Shown: positions 11,972 through 22,903 of the stretch, in pieces | How positions within the stretch are numbered: the first letter of the stretch is position 1 | Layout: the number at the start of each line of letters is the position of its first letter | DNA from: a virus | Length of the DNA: 64,000 nt | Direction: 5' to 3' (one strand) | Virus record (IMG/VR): IMGVR_UViG_3300046048_000227 | Location: 1-64,000 of that record | Notes under the pieces: generated by a model | Told to the model about the DNA's origin: nothing | Databases searched by the model: none | The model's input: the letters and a program-made list of their open reading frames with translations, nothing else | Program-made: the position numbers and the translations under genes

Positions 11972-12580
11972 ATGTATGAGCCACACATAGCCGCACAGCT
12001 ACACTATAAGGGGTACAATATTAAAGCAGTACATACCTATGATCCTGAAAATCCACGTACTGCCTGTAATAACCTAAGTATTATGACTTGCTTTCACCCA
12101 CGATATAACCTAGGTGACTACCATGAAAACCCATATGTACACTCACAGTTTAGTGGGTGGGGCGACGTAGAAAGCACAATACGGAAAGATGGTGGTATCT
12201 GTATCATGCCCTTAACGCTATACGATCACAGCGGATTAACTATCTATCTAACAGAAGAACCACACCTAGTACAATACCCGCAGTGGGACAGTATGAGAGT
12301 AGGTTTTATCTACACCACTAAAGAGAAAGTAGAGGAGTGGTTAGGCTGGAAACGCATAACCAAAAGCAGGAAAGAAAAATTAATTAAGCGGTTGAAAGAT
12401 TCCCTAAGTATGTACGATGCTTACCTGCGTGGTGATGTGTACGACCTTGTTATAGAAGACCCTGACGGCGAGGAAGTAGAACATTTGGGGGAGTGGTACG
12501 GGCTTGACAACATAGAAAAGTATTTTGATGAGTGCAAAAGCTTAATAGATATGTATAGCGAGGAGGTGGTAAATGCCTAG
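11972..12580 (+). CDS. Conserved phage hypothetical protein
   Basis: LYDHSGL, WDS..VGFIY, YDAYL.GDVY motifs; RBS AAGGAG. Confidence 0.65.
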   Translation: MYEPHIAAQLHYKGYNIKAVHTYDPENPRTACNNLSIMTCFHPRYNLGDYHENPYVHSQFSGWGDVESTIRKDGGICIMPLTLYDHSGLTIYLTEEPHLVQYPQWDSMRVGFIYTTKEKVEEWLGWKRITKSRKEKLIKRLKDSLSMYDAYLRGDVYDLVIEDPDGEEVEHLGEWYGLDNIEKYFDECKSLIDMYSEEVVNA

Positions 12581-15500
12581 ACCTTTAGGAAAGGATGAAG
12601 TACCAAACTCTTTAGTTACTAGTGCACTAGACTGGATAATAAAGTATCTAACAACAACAGCGTATCCAGTTAACCACATAATAGGTCTCTCCCCTGAGTA
12701 TGACCTGCATTTGTATTGTAGAGATAACGTAGTAGGTGCAGACCTATTAGACGAGAAGTTCAACTGGTTCACTGTAATATTGTGGAACTTGGAGGTACAC
12801 GATGACGAATGAATTTGATCCTAAAGAATGTGCCGCCGCAGTAGTGCGGAGAGGGCATATGTGCGCTGGTTGTTACTCTTCTGGTGTGTGTGGGGTAAGC
12901 AAGCTGTGGAATGATTACCAAAACAGGTGCTACTTCTATGATATTTGTGGGTTACGAGGAGATAACCTAGTAGATAATAGAGCAGTATGTGATGCACACG
13001 CTGTTGGTGTATTGTTATCTAATATCCCAGGTCTTAAGACAGAAATAGACTCTGTTATACAAGAGGTAGAGTCATATGGGGAAGACGAAGAGATAGCACG
13101 GTATGAGCACATGCACGATCCTGCTTATATTAGGGAAGTTAGGTTTGGAACAGAGGGATACTAAAAGTGGAGGTAGTATGGGAGAAAGAGTACAACCTTG
13201 GCAATGGGCATTCATCTTGGAGATATGGATGACAAGCACAAACGAACTTCGCAAACGGTTAGAAGGGGAGCGGAAAGCTCCCCCTATCTGTTTGAGTGAT
13301 GAGCTTTTACAATGGCGATTAGATAACTTGGAGCATTTAATATTCGAGAGGGAAAAACATGGCTAGAGAAAATGTTATAGTAGACATACCTTTGAAGGGA
13401 GGCTGGAACATAATAGCCGTTGTAGAAAATGGTGAACTTGTAGTAAGAGTTTCTCACGAAAGCAACATCATAGTTAAGCAGGCAAGGTACTCTAAGTACA
13501 GCAATGAGCTTGAGTATATGTTCACAACAGAAGAACTAGAAAAGGATAAATTCTATGAATCACATTAAGATTGCGGCAGTAAAAAGACTAGAAGAAATTA
13601 AGAAGTCCATAGAGAGCGAGAACATAAGCTATGGAGAGATAATAGAACTACAAACATTAGAAAAATATATTGATGGTGATGTAGTTTTATTAGAGTGGGC
13701 TGGAGTGCCCGAAGGAGAAATTCTATGACGACTAAACGAACTTCCTCACCAGTACAAGGCAGGGTCTACTTGCTAGAGCCAGGAGATGGTACACGTTACA
13801 GCTTTACTCTACTTCCGTTGTCGCCCAACGCAGTTAAAACATACCAGTGGTCTCCTGTTAAGGCATTCTTCTTAGCAATCCACATTGCGTATGATATAGT
13901 AGGTTGTGGTATTGTGCCAATGTCTGTTTCAAGTGCAGAAGAATTGCCTAACCAGCTTAACTATCTACGTTCCCCAGGACATGGTTTTAAGAATGTGGAT
14001 AAGTACACATTAGCTATGTGTATCCTAATGTCACATGTCCTAGTTACTGCGGAGTACCACGTTGACAGCGCATGTTCTTACGCAATGGAACACATTAAAG
14101 AAGTCCTCAACAAAGTATAAGGAGATTACTATGGTATGGGAACACAGCTATGCACCAGAAGCATACGATGAGGCTTGGGAACAACTAAATTTATGGAGTG
14201 TTGAGAACCTAGCCAAAGCATATAGTGAGTTTTCGCAGACACAACACAAAGTACCATTTACTGTACCAGAATTACTAGAAACTTACAGTAAAGATGTGCT
14301 GGTTGACCTTTGTATGCAAGCTATACAAACTACCCGTTTGTGTGACAACGGGGGATGGGCTATGTGGGTTGACGAAGAAGGTTTCTGGAAAGTATATCTA
14401 CCACAACAAGGAGAATGAGGTGTACATACAACACATACGAGAATTTTTGAAAACAATAAGCTGGCTTAATGGCAAGGTAGAACGAGCATTAGTGCAGTTT
14501 TACCTGGAAAACCAGCGGCTAGACCCCGATATAAAGTATACCATAGATGACTGGTGGGTAGGTATAAGCCCTAGCCTAGACTTAAACTTATGGCTTGATG
14601 CTTCCACAGTACGAGGAACTTTGTACAACGTATATGGAGGGGCAACAGATACCTATAACTACCACGAAGTAGAACTACCTGAAGTGACAAGAAAATTTGT
14701 GTGTGCTGTTTACTTTGGCATTGATAGACATATTCTGGTAAAGAGGGTACAACTAGAGGGTGGAGAATTGATTGCTTCTTCCAGAGCGTATAAGTACACA
14801 GCTAACAGACAAATAAAACTTAACAACCTGATACCAACAGAGACTAAAATAGAGGGTATTACTTACTTGTATTCTGTATCACCTAGGAAAAACACAGATG
14901 ACAGGAGAGAATGATATGACTAAACTAAACGTACCAGTTGTTGTAATGTCAGAAGGTTCTATACTTGGGGTTTATGGAGCAATTGATCCCAGGTTTAGTG
15001 ACTATGCCCTGCTTGACTATGACCTATTAGAGTCAGGGGAATGTCCAGTGTGTGTCGAGTTATGTGAGTCTGTAAACAGCAAAGTAAACTTCTACCCAGT
15101 ATCTGTACAAAATACTTCCATGGGAGTTATTGAGGAAGGGGGCGAAGAAGTTGAGATAGCAGAGGGAACTTGGAGAACTGCTTGGTTAGGTGTTGAAGAG
15201 CAGGGTGAGTGGTACTGCCCTACCTGTGACATAAACTGGACACAAGCACAATTTGACCCTGACTTTCCTAACACCACAGAACTTAAGGCAATTAAGTTAG
15301 TGCAAGATAACCTAACAGAATATTTAGAGAAGCATGATGAAACAACAAAAAACCAGGAAGGAGGATAGGTACATGAAAGCTACCGTAATGTATGAGGCGT
15401 TTAAAAATTCTGAGGGGAATATAACAATAACTGGCACACCACTCTGCGGTGCTATGGGGAGTAGTGCAATAGCAGTGATCCATGAAATAGAGAATGTTAA

Positions 15501-17308
15501 TCCCATAGTAGAGCTTCTTGTCCCTATTGGGTTAAACGGAACAGAAGATATAGCTAAGCTTGTGCGCCATATAAAAACAGTAGGCATAGAGCAGCTACCA
15601 ACGTTTGACACAAACGATCCTACTTACTCTATTCCGTTCAGCAAAGAACCATTAGTTTGCCCAATAACTACGTGTGGCTCAGATATGATAGAAGTGGGTA
15701 CACCAAACTTTGGAGAAGAAATGTGGCGAATAGTAGAGTGCCACACCTGCGGATTTAAGTGGGACGAAGTTTACACTTTCTCTACTTGGGAGCCGAGGAG
15801 ACCATGAGCACGATAGCAGAACAACACTGGGAAAGCTTAGGTAATGTGCCTATTGATAACGATGGGCATATAGAGATTGACTGGCACATGTTTCCAGCAG
15901 GCACTCACAGAGAAGAAATATGGCACTGGTTTGAAGAACAGTTCAATGTACGTGTTCATGATCTAATGTTTCCAAACGAAAGGAGAATATAACATGACTG
16001 CACCTTTATGGATTGACATAGATGAGCTAGATTATCTTGAAGAGGAAGAACTGGCGTTTGCCGAGGAAGAGAAAGAAGAAATACTTAGGCAAATTAGCAA
16101 GCATATTGACGAAAAACCAGAAGTATGATATAAGGAGCATATGATGACAGCAACATACGAAGAGATAAGAACAGCGATAAAGAATATAAACAAGCCAGAA
16201 GATATGAAGCTGCTATTAGAAACACTAGGGAATAGGTTTGGCTTCACTCGATACAACTTGTACCAAGCAGGCAAACTATTTGATCAAACACACCCTGCTG
16301 TACAAGATGCAGTAGCTAAAGGATTAATAGCTTTCTTAGTTGGGTATGCCCTACGAGATAACGCGTATGTAGATGGCAGGAACAAGGATATAACTCTGTT
16401 CTGTCGTAACTTAACTAAAGCTATTGACAACGGAGAAATTGAACCTTATAACCTGGGTATGTTTGTACCCTACTCAGAGAAGGAGTAAAATAATGAGACC
16501 ACGATGCCCAAACTGCCTAAACCACCCGATTGAATTTGACAAAGAGATAAACATGTTCTCTTGCCCCACTTCATGGTGTACGTTCAAGTACCCAGTGCTT
16601 GAAGCTTTCCTGACTGTGCCATTCTTAGAGAAACGATATATAAGAGGCACAAGACCAGTGCGTACACCTGATGGTGATCTGATAGCACCAACCATGATCT
16701 TGTGCAATGCCCCAAGACCCTTGCAAGGTAGTTATAATCCAGGCACACGTAAGTACATGATCTGGCAAGGTGACTTCATAAGTGGTATATTCTACGCACT
16801 AGTAAGTGAATATGATATTGGTATACTTGACTTCAACCACTCACAAAAAGCAGTGCAGTTAATATACGTGAGTGAAGAAGAACTAAAAGACTTTGCAATA
16901 CAGCACCTTAAAGAGTACGGGTTAGAGTTTGACCCTGAAGAGCACAGTCTAGATGACTGTTGGTTATCTTTCTTAGACAATAAGGAAAAGGAAAACAAAT
17001 GTGTATAGTTGACTTAATAGCACCCGCAGATTTAGGAGATTTGATAACGCTTGAGTACTCAGCAGAAATGCCTTGGCTATGCAATAACTGTGGTGGAGAT
17101 ATTATAGACCCTTCTAATCCACACAAGCTAAATGCTTATTTTGAGGGACATAGACGAGGAGGAGGTAAAGTAATTGACGTATTCAGACTAGAAACTCCAA
17201 TAAATTGTCCTGGCTGTGGTATACTGGTAAAAGAAACAGGTTATATTTGCCATACTGAGGGCACAGGGCTAGCAGAACAGTTGTTTAGCCTACCACAAGG
17301 AGAATAAA

Positions 17309-18190
17309 ATGGCTAAAGACAAGAAAACCACGATTGAAATTGTAACTGACGCGATCCTAAAGGCACTGGAAGAGGGAACAGTGCCTTGGAACAAACCTTG
17401 GATAAGTACTGGTGGCAAGGCATTAAGCATGTCCACCAAGAAACCTTATAGAGGCTTTAATTCCCTAGCTCTTTATGTAAGCTCACTAGATGGAGGCTTT
17501 ACTTCTCCATGGTGGGGTACTTACAAAAAGATAAATAAGTTGGGAGGTAAAGTAATACAAGGTCAACACCCAACCCCTGTTAGCTTCTACAAGTTCTTCA
17601 AGAAAGTAAATGACGAAGGTGAAGAAGAGACCAGAGTAATGCACAGATACTACAACGTCTTCAACCAACAACAAGCAGAAGGACTTGACGAAGTATTCCC
17701 AATAGCAGAGGCAGAAGAGTTTGAGTTTACTCCAATAGAGCGTGCCGAAGCACTAGTAGAAGGCTATACAAACAAGCCAGAGGTAGACTACGGTGGCGAC
17801 AGAGCATTTTACATGCCAACTAGAGATAGAATTGGTATGCCAGAACAAAAACAATTCACAAGCCCTGAAGAATTTTACAGCGTACTCTTCCACGAGTTTA
17901 CTCACAGTACTGGGCACAAAGACAGACTAAACCGTGATCTTTCTGGTATGCAAAGTAGCCATAAGTATTCTTACGAAGAACTAGTAGCTGAGATGGGTGC
18001 TGCTTTCATGTGCTATGAAGCAGGCATAGAAAATACACTTGATAACTCAGCTAGCTACCTAGCCTCCTGGTCAAGAGCACTGAAAGATAAACCTGTTTGG
18101 ATAGTACGAGCAGGAAACAAAGCACAGCAAGCTTTTGATTACATGCTAGGCAAAAGCTATGATGATGAGGAGGATAAAGATGCAAACTAA
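17309..18190 (+). CDS. ardC: ArdC-family antirestriction protein (ssDNA-binding plus zincin-like domain)
   Basis: PWxKPW, YRGxN, W.TYK, HEFTHSTGH..RL.R, Y..EELVAEMGA, SASYL.SW. Confidence 0.9.
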   Translation: MAKDKKTTIEIVTDAILKALEEGTVPWNKPWISTGGKALSMSTKKPYRGFNSLALYVSSLDGGFTSPWWGTYKKINKLGGKVIQGQHPTPVSFYKFFKKVNDEGEEETRVMHRYYNVFNQQQAEGLDEVFPIAEAEEFEFTPIERAEALVEGYTNKPEVDYGGDRAFYMPTRDRIGMPEQKQFTSPEEFYSVLFHEFTHSTGHKDRLNRDLSGMQSSHKYSYEELVAEMGAAFMCYEAGIENTLDNSASYLASWSRALKDKPVWIVRAGNKAQQAFDYMLGKSYDDEEDKDAN

Positions 18191-19912
18191 AGTAGGCGTA
18201 TCCATAGAAGATAAGATATACAACCACAGGTACTCTTTGCTAGTTGATAGGTTAGCAGAATATGTACCAAAGGAAATTCTAAAAGTACCAGAGGGGTTCA
18301 TTGACGGTTTGTTTGAGCACGCCACTAAAGAAGATTTTAGGTGGGATCAAGATGAGGCGTTTGACAGCGTACCTTGGCGTTGCGACAATGAAGAGTGCCC
18401 TGGTAGATGGCACGCAGGAAATTACTACCTCAACATGGGCAGGAAAAAAGGTAAGATATACGTTGAAATCCTGTGGGATTCTCACGGTGATGGAGATGCC
18501 CAACCATATATTTACTGGAAAGAGGGTGAAGACCCCCTAGAACTATGTGAGCATTTAGTAAACTCCAACGATGGCTACTTTGCTGGTTGGGCAGAGTACT
18601 ATCTTGATTGCTATGTCACTGGGAATGATCCACTACATGATAGTACAAAACCTTTCTCCAAAGAAGGTTTCCTAGCCGCCGCAGGAAGTATGCTACGCTA
18701 CTTATTCATGAACAAAAAGAAAGGAGCATAGCTATGAATAAAGATATGGACAACAGATATAACTTGATACACGAAAAGCTTAACAGCTATATGCCTACTG
18801 ATCCAATTAACTTAACAGAGGATGAGTTGGAGTGCATGGCTTTTGCTTATTACTGGCTTGACTGCTATGCCAACAAAGAAAGGGAGGATATGCCGAGCAT
18901 ATCTAAGCTAGACGTAGCAGGTTTCTATGTAAGACTCTTGTTTAATCTTCAAGAGTTGGAGACTAACGATGCACAAAGATAACTTACTGCCTGAACCATA
19001 CAAAGAGATAAACCGAGAAGAGTTCATGTTACACACGCTTCTATACCACACAGCGTGCAAAGATGAGGAGTTTAGACAAGTCTATCTGTCAGCAATACAT
19101 TCTGGAGGAATGTGGTCTACTAGAATATTTTGGTACGATAAAAGAACTGTCGGCTATGCCATAACGTACATGTATGTAAGCCTTCACACTACTAAGCTTA
19201 CAGGAGAAGCATACGGTAAGAAAAAAGATTATGGGTACATAGTTAAATACTTTAAGATTGGCTGTACACATTCTTATAAGGAACTTAACTACCCTACTTG
19301 TAAAGCAAGAGGTATACCACACTTTGGTGCATTATGGCACGTTGAAGAATGCCAAAACTGCGGTTTTATCAATGCCTATGACAGTTCAGGATAGCTTATG
19401 AGGATAAACCCAGATAACAAAGGGCAAACACACGAAGGGAAGTACGTTTGGAGACCGCTGATCCAGCACGAACCAGACGACTTCCCTCCCAACAGCAAAT
19501 TCTGGTTGCTTAGAGCAAGAAAAGAATTAGATGTGTTGCAGGGTATTGACAACTCGTGGGAAGAATGGTATAATAATGAGATACCAGATGAGGCAACCTG
19601 CAAAGACATAGCAACCATGATCCTTAACAGGATACAGGAGATGAGTACTTAATGGAATACGGAGAAGCGATAGTACGGTTGATATTTTTACCATTTGAGC
19701 TTGCCTTTACAGCTTTCATGCTTGTACTAAACTCTGGTCTAGCTTTAATAACTTGTTCGATTGTGCTAGTACCAGTATTGTTAGTAGCATTTCTAGGATT
19801 CTTGTGTGTAGTATCAAGTTTCTGACAAAACGCTAGCATAATATATTGTAGATTATTAGACATAGACAGTTCTGCCTGTTCCCCTCATCTATCATGGTGG
19901 GGGGAACATCGA

Positions 19913-19984
19913 GGGCACGTAGTGACAACGGGAACACACCTCTTTTGCACGGAGGAAATTCGGGTTCGAGTCCCGACGAGTCCA
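19913..19984 (+). tRNA. trnA: tRNA-Ala(TGC)
   Basis: Cloverleaf, G3:U70, loop TT-TGC-AC, GTTCGAG. Confidence 0.9.
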
Positions 19985-20082
19985 CCTCATTAAATTTTTT
20001 TATATTTTTTTTTACATGTGTATACGCACATAGTAAGTACGCATTAACGTTAGTAGGTCGCGATTTTTCCAAGGCCTGACTT

Positions 20083-20154
20083 AGCGGGATAGTTTAACAG
20101 GCAAAACGCTTGGCTCTGACCCATGAATCACAGGTTCAAATCCTGTTCCCGCTT
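20083..20154 (+). tRNA. trnQ: tRNA-Gln(CTG)
   Basis: AGCGGGA/TCCCGCT, loop CT-CTG-AC. Confidence 0.88.
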
Positions 20155-20159
20155 TATTT

Positions 20160-20232
20160 TGGCTTCTAGTTCAATTGGCAGAACGTTGGTCTTTGACACC
20201 AAAGGTTTGTGGTTCGATCCCACAGGAGCCAG
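20160..20232 (+). tRNA. trnQ: tRNA-Gln(TTG)
   Basis: TGGCTTC/GGAGCCA, loop CT-TTG-AC, G73. Confidence 0.92.
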
Positions 20233-20260
20233 CTACATTAATACTAAATAGGAGATACGT

Positions 20261-20608
20261 ATGTCTATTACTTCACCAAGGAAGGCTGCAACAATAGAGA
20301 TTGTTAAGTTTAATCCTATTGAGTTGCGTATCGACACGGCAGCTACTAAAAAAGTCAAGACTAACCAGTATGTACAGGTTTTTTTACCTAGAATAGAAAG
20401 CAAAAGGTACCCTGACAGGAGAATACCAAGGCTTGGGATACAAATAAATGTCAAGAAACCGGAAGACGAAAGATTAGTAGAAGACTTTGCTTATTTGATA
20501 GTGTCTAGTGAGAGTGATTTGTACAAACACTGGAAAAACAGAGAAAAAGAAATAAACACAGGCATTTATATAGGAGATGTACTCATAGGAGCACCCTTGA
20601 CAATGTAA
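20261..20608 (+). CDS. Hypothetical protein
   Basis: RBS AGGAG, 115 aa. Confidence 0.7.
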   Translation: MSITSPRKAATIEIVKFNPIELRIDTAATKKVKTNQYVQVFLPRIESKRYPDRRIPRLGIQINVKKPEDERLVEDFAYLIVSSESDLYKHWKNREKEINTGIYIGDVLIGAPLTM

Positions 20609-20625
20609 ATAACTTGTGATATACT
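20597..20625 (+). promoter_or_regulatory. Sigma70-type promoter upstream of ncRNA/tRNA cluster
   Basis: TTGACA-17-TATACT, TGTG extension. Confidence 0.8.
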
Positions 20626-20636
20626 TAGTAATAACA

Positions 20637-20806
20637 GTGCCTTAAAAGTAATCACAGACTTGCGAGGCATTTTTGAACAGAAGATGTAGTACCTTAACAA
20701 CTGAAACATCGAGTACTAACGGTGTATGTGCACATCTGGGGAGACGCTGGTTGCCAAGCAACAAAGCACCGCGGAGAGAAGCAAGCGGAGGACTTGCATT
20801 AGTACT
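20637..20806 (+). ncRNA. Candidate structured RNA A
   Basis: Stems tgcct/aggca, gatgt/acatc enclosing AGTA..GAA, agtactaa/ttagtact multiloop. Confidence 0.5.
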
Positions 20807-20811
20807 ATCGA

Positions 20812-20886
20812 GGTGTCTATGGCGGAACTGGTAGACGCACCTAGCTGTGACCTAGGTTATTGTGGGTTCAAATCCCACTAGGCACC
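20812..20886 (+). tRNA. trnH: tRNA-His(GTG)
   Basis: G-1:C73, loop CT-GTG-AC. Confidence 0.93.
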
Positions 20887-20891
20887 CTTGT

Positions 20892-21044
20892 GTATTGCGA
20901 AGGACTAGAAGCCTTGGTACCTAGATAAAAAACAACAGTGGCTTCCTGATGAGTAAGCGTGGTGCACTTACCAAGTGTGTCCTGACAAGTGAGACACTAG
21001 ATTAAAACCTGTGCACTAGGTTTTAGTCCAACGTCACGCAATAC
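20892..21044 (+). ncRNA. Candidate structured RNA B (multibranch, possible kissing loop)
   Basis: gtattgcg/cgcaatac and ggacta/tagtcc close four hairpins. Confidence 0.6.
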
Positions 21045-21046
21045 TT

Positions 21047-21118
21047 TGAGGACTGCACTATGGCATTATCCTAGGAGGTAATAGACTGGGAGCGGGTGCA
21101 ACAGTTAGGCAGTCCTCA
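21047..21118 (+). ncRNA. Candidate small RNA closed by a 10-bp stem
   Basis: tgaggactgc/gcagtcctca. Confidence 0.45.
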
Positions 21119-21122
21119 CCCC

Positions 21123-21196
21123 GCCGTTCTGGTGTAAGTGGTCGGTCACATCTGTTTGAAAAACAGAAGGTTCTGGTTCGACTCCAGGGGGCGGCA
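21123..21196 (+). tRNA. trnF: tRNA-Phe(GAA)
   Basis: loop TT-GAA-AA, GTTCGAC. Confidence 0.9.
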
Positions 21197-21226
21197 CAAA
21201 AATATTAAAAAATTTTGGAGGCTGTT

Positions 21227-21547
21227 ATGTTTGACAAACAAGAATTATTTGAACAGTATCATCAAGCTTTACATCTTGGCAACTTAGATGCCAAAGAAGA
21301 AATCTTTAAGAAAGTACCAACGATCTTAGCCTACGTAAGGAAGCTTGAAAGAGACGTTGAAAGAGAAACAGAAAGAGCAGACACAGCCGAAGCAAAACTA
21401 ACGGTAGCTACGCCAAAGAAAAAAAGAACCCCTAAGCTAAAGGCTAAGGCTGAAGTAGTAGAGAAGGTTGAAGAGGTTGAAGTTCCTGATGAACTAGAAG
21501 ACGAAGAAGTATCAGCGGTTAGTCAGGACGAAGACTATCCGTTTTAA
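21227..21547 (+). CDS. Hypothetical coiled-coil protein with acidic tail ending DYPF
   Basis: RBS GGAGG; C-terminus resembles acidic-aromatic SSB-like tails. Confidence 0.7.
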   Translation: MFDKQELFEQYHQALHLGNLDAKEEIFKKVPTILAYVRKLERDVERETERADTAEAKLTVATPKKKRTPKLKAKAEVVEKVEEVEVPDELEDEEVSAVSQDEDYPF

Positions 21548-21557
21548 CATGTAACAT

Positions 21558-21631
21558 CTGGGTGTAGCTCAGACAGGAAGAGCACTGCGTTTGGGGCGCA
21601 GGGGCCAGTGGTTCAAATCCACTCTCCCAGA
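21558..21631 (+). tRNA. trnP: tRNA-Pro(TGG)
   Basis: loop TT-TGG-GG, C1:G72, A73. Confidence 0.92.
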
Positions 21632-21635
21632 CTAT

Positions 21636-21711
21636 GGTTTCGTGGTGTAGTTAGGGCTAACACACTTCCCTGTCAAGGAAGAGACCGCGGGTTCAAATCC
21701 CGTCGAAACCG
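21636..21711 (+). tRNA. trnD: tRNA-Asp(GTC)
   Basis: loop CT-GTC-AA, G73. Confidence 0.93.
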
Positions 21712-21716
21712 CTAGA

Positions 21717-21799
21717 GGCAATGTCGGTGCATGGGACACCAACCAGGCTGTAACCCTGGCGTCTTTATGGCTATGTAGGTTCGATTCCTATCGTTGCCA
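21717..21799 (+). tRNA. trnY: tRNA-Tyr(GTA)
   Basis: loop CT-GTA-AC, long variable arm. Confidence 0.88.
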
Positions 21800-21882
21800 C
21801 CTTGCTTGTGAGGACTCTCCTGTCCTGTTTGGGAGCGCAAGCACCCCCCACAGGTGATATCAGTGGGGGGAGAATATATACC

Positions 21883-21960
21883 GAGGCGGAGACCATGACA
21901 TGGTGTTCTTACAAATACCGAATTTGTACTTGGACACCATTACAAGTAGGTCTCCGCCTC
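21883..21960 (+). ncRNA. Candidate rod-like small RNA
   Basis: 12-bp gaggcggagacc/ggtctccgcctc plus nested atggtgttc/ggacaccat and tacaaat/atttgta. Confidence 0.5.
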
Positions 21961-21966
21961 AATCTC

Positions 21967-22037
21967 AGGCTATTCGGTTAATGGTAAACCAGCGGCTTCC
22001 AATCCCGCGACTGGAGGTTCGATCCCTTCATAGCCTG
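21967..22037 (+). tRNA. trnW: tRNA-Trp(CCA)
   Basis: AGGCTAT/ATAGCCT, G73, loop TT-CCA-AT with C31:C39 mismatch. Confidence 0.8.
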
Positions 22038-22044
22038 CCTGTAC

Positions 22045-22124
22045 TGCGGTGATAAAGTCTTGGTAGACTTGCCAGTTTCATATGCTGGTTCTTAAAAGGT
22101 GCAGTTCGATTCTGCTCACCGCTA
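22045..22124 (+). tRNA. Atypical tRNA with CAT anticodon (Met-like; 4-bp T stem, enlarged variable region)
   Basis: GCGGTGA/TCACCGC, ccagt-TTCATAT-gctgg, gcag-TTCGATT-ctgc. Confidence 0.7.
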
Positions 22125-22211
22125 CCTAGCTAAACAACTGTTCGACAACCCCCCTCATTTGGCTAGCCTGCTCTGAGCTAGCGACGATCCTTTACTGATA
22201 ATCAGAGCATC

Positions 22212-22499
22212 GGGGATGCAAGGCTTCGACAATGGTAATGATAGATGTACTGCGGGAAGAGCGGTGCCGATCTCTTTAACTCAGCACAACAACCATAACT
22301 GGCAAAAATTTTGCTAACCTTCTCATGATCAATGATCCTGAGCGTCACCTAGTTCCTCAACAGGCGGAGTTAGTACTGGCGTCATAATCCTGTGTAACAA
22401 AGTAATGCCCTGCTTTAGGCTGATCACCAACGATCTACTCCCGTAGATGTACTACCTTGATTGCAATTGGACTCCAGTTCGATTCTGGACATCTCCACC
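22212..22499 (+). ncRNA. ssrA: tmRNA; predicted tag (A)GKNFANLLMINDPERHLVPQQAELVLAS*
   Basis: 5' GGGGATG..GGCTTCGAC, 3' GGAC.CCAGTTCGATTCTGG.CATCTCCACC, G3:U pair; resume codon after ATAACT at 22301, stop 22385-22387. Confidence 0.92.
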
Positions 22500-22553
22500 T
22501 TTAAGGTGAGTAAGGGAAACTCTGGAGCGAGTCACTCCACCCTCTCACCTCCA

Positions 22554-22628
22554 GCTATTGTGAAGGGAATTGGCATACCTACGATACTAAGAATATCGTG
22601 ATTAGTGGTTCGAGTCCACTCAATAGCA
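22554..22628 (+). tRNA. trnL: tRNA-Leu(AAG), short variable loop
   Basis: cgata-CTAAGAA-tatcg, A73, variable region TGATT. Confidence 0.88.
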
Positions 22629-22632
22629 CTAT

Positions 22633-22715
22633 GTCGAAGTGGTGGAACTAGGTATACACGCAGCCTTTAGACCGCTGTGCCTTCGGGATTGCAGGTTCGA
22701 CTCCTGTCTTCGACA
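22633..22715 (+). tRNA. trnL: tRNA-Leu(TAG), long variable arm
   Basis: loop TT-TAG-AC, V-arm cc-ttcg-gg. Confidence 0.88.
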
Positions 22716-22903
22716 CAGCAGGTATTTGCGAAGCAACGGTAGACGCTTTATCCTTTGAGCTACGAGGGAAGAGCAGGGGCACAAGAAGCCCTTGCTCTTT
22801 TCCGTGTAGCATGGTATAATAATTGTAGCTTAGTGGGAACTTGCTTAAGGGGGAAGGGCAGGGACAAACCCCTGCCCTTTACTCTCAATTGAAAGGAAAT
22901 AAT

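Larger units (their letters stand above)
2300..19830 (+). other. Early-type region of roughly 55 tightly packed small hypothetical ORFs, many with CxxC motifs
   Basis: Co-oriented ORFs with GGAG(G) RBSs and overlapping stop/start codons. Confidence 0.85.

Noticed and set aside
20698-20718. AACTGAAACATC similarity to 23S rRNA
   Set aside because: Only a 12-nt match with no flanking rRNA similarity; better explained as a local loop-E-like module.
20946-20975. Hammerhead ribozyme (CTGATGA followed by a stem)
   Set aside because: The stem is followed by CAAG rather than the required GAAA, and no stem III or cleavage triplet is evident.
21800-21880. tRNA-associated HDV-like (theta) ribozyme after tRNA-Tyr; also considered at 33975-34035
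   Set aside because: Could not build the nested double pseudoknot (P1.1, P3/L3, catalytic C in J4/2) by eye; a descriptor search would settle it.
21967-22037. Reading this tRNA as Gly(TCC)
   Set aside because: Standard register gives CCA, and A1:U72 with G73 fits Trp; a normal Gly(TCC) exists at 48946.
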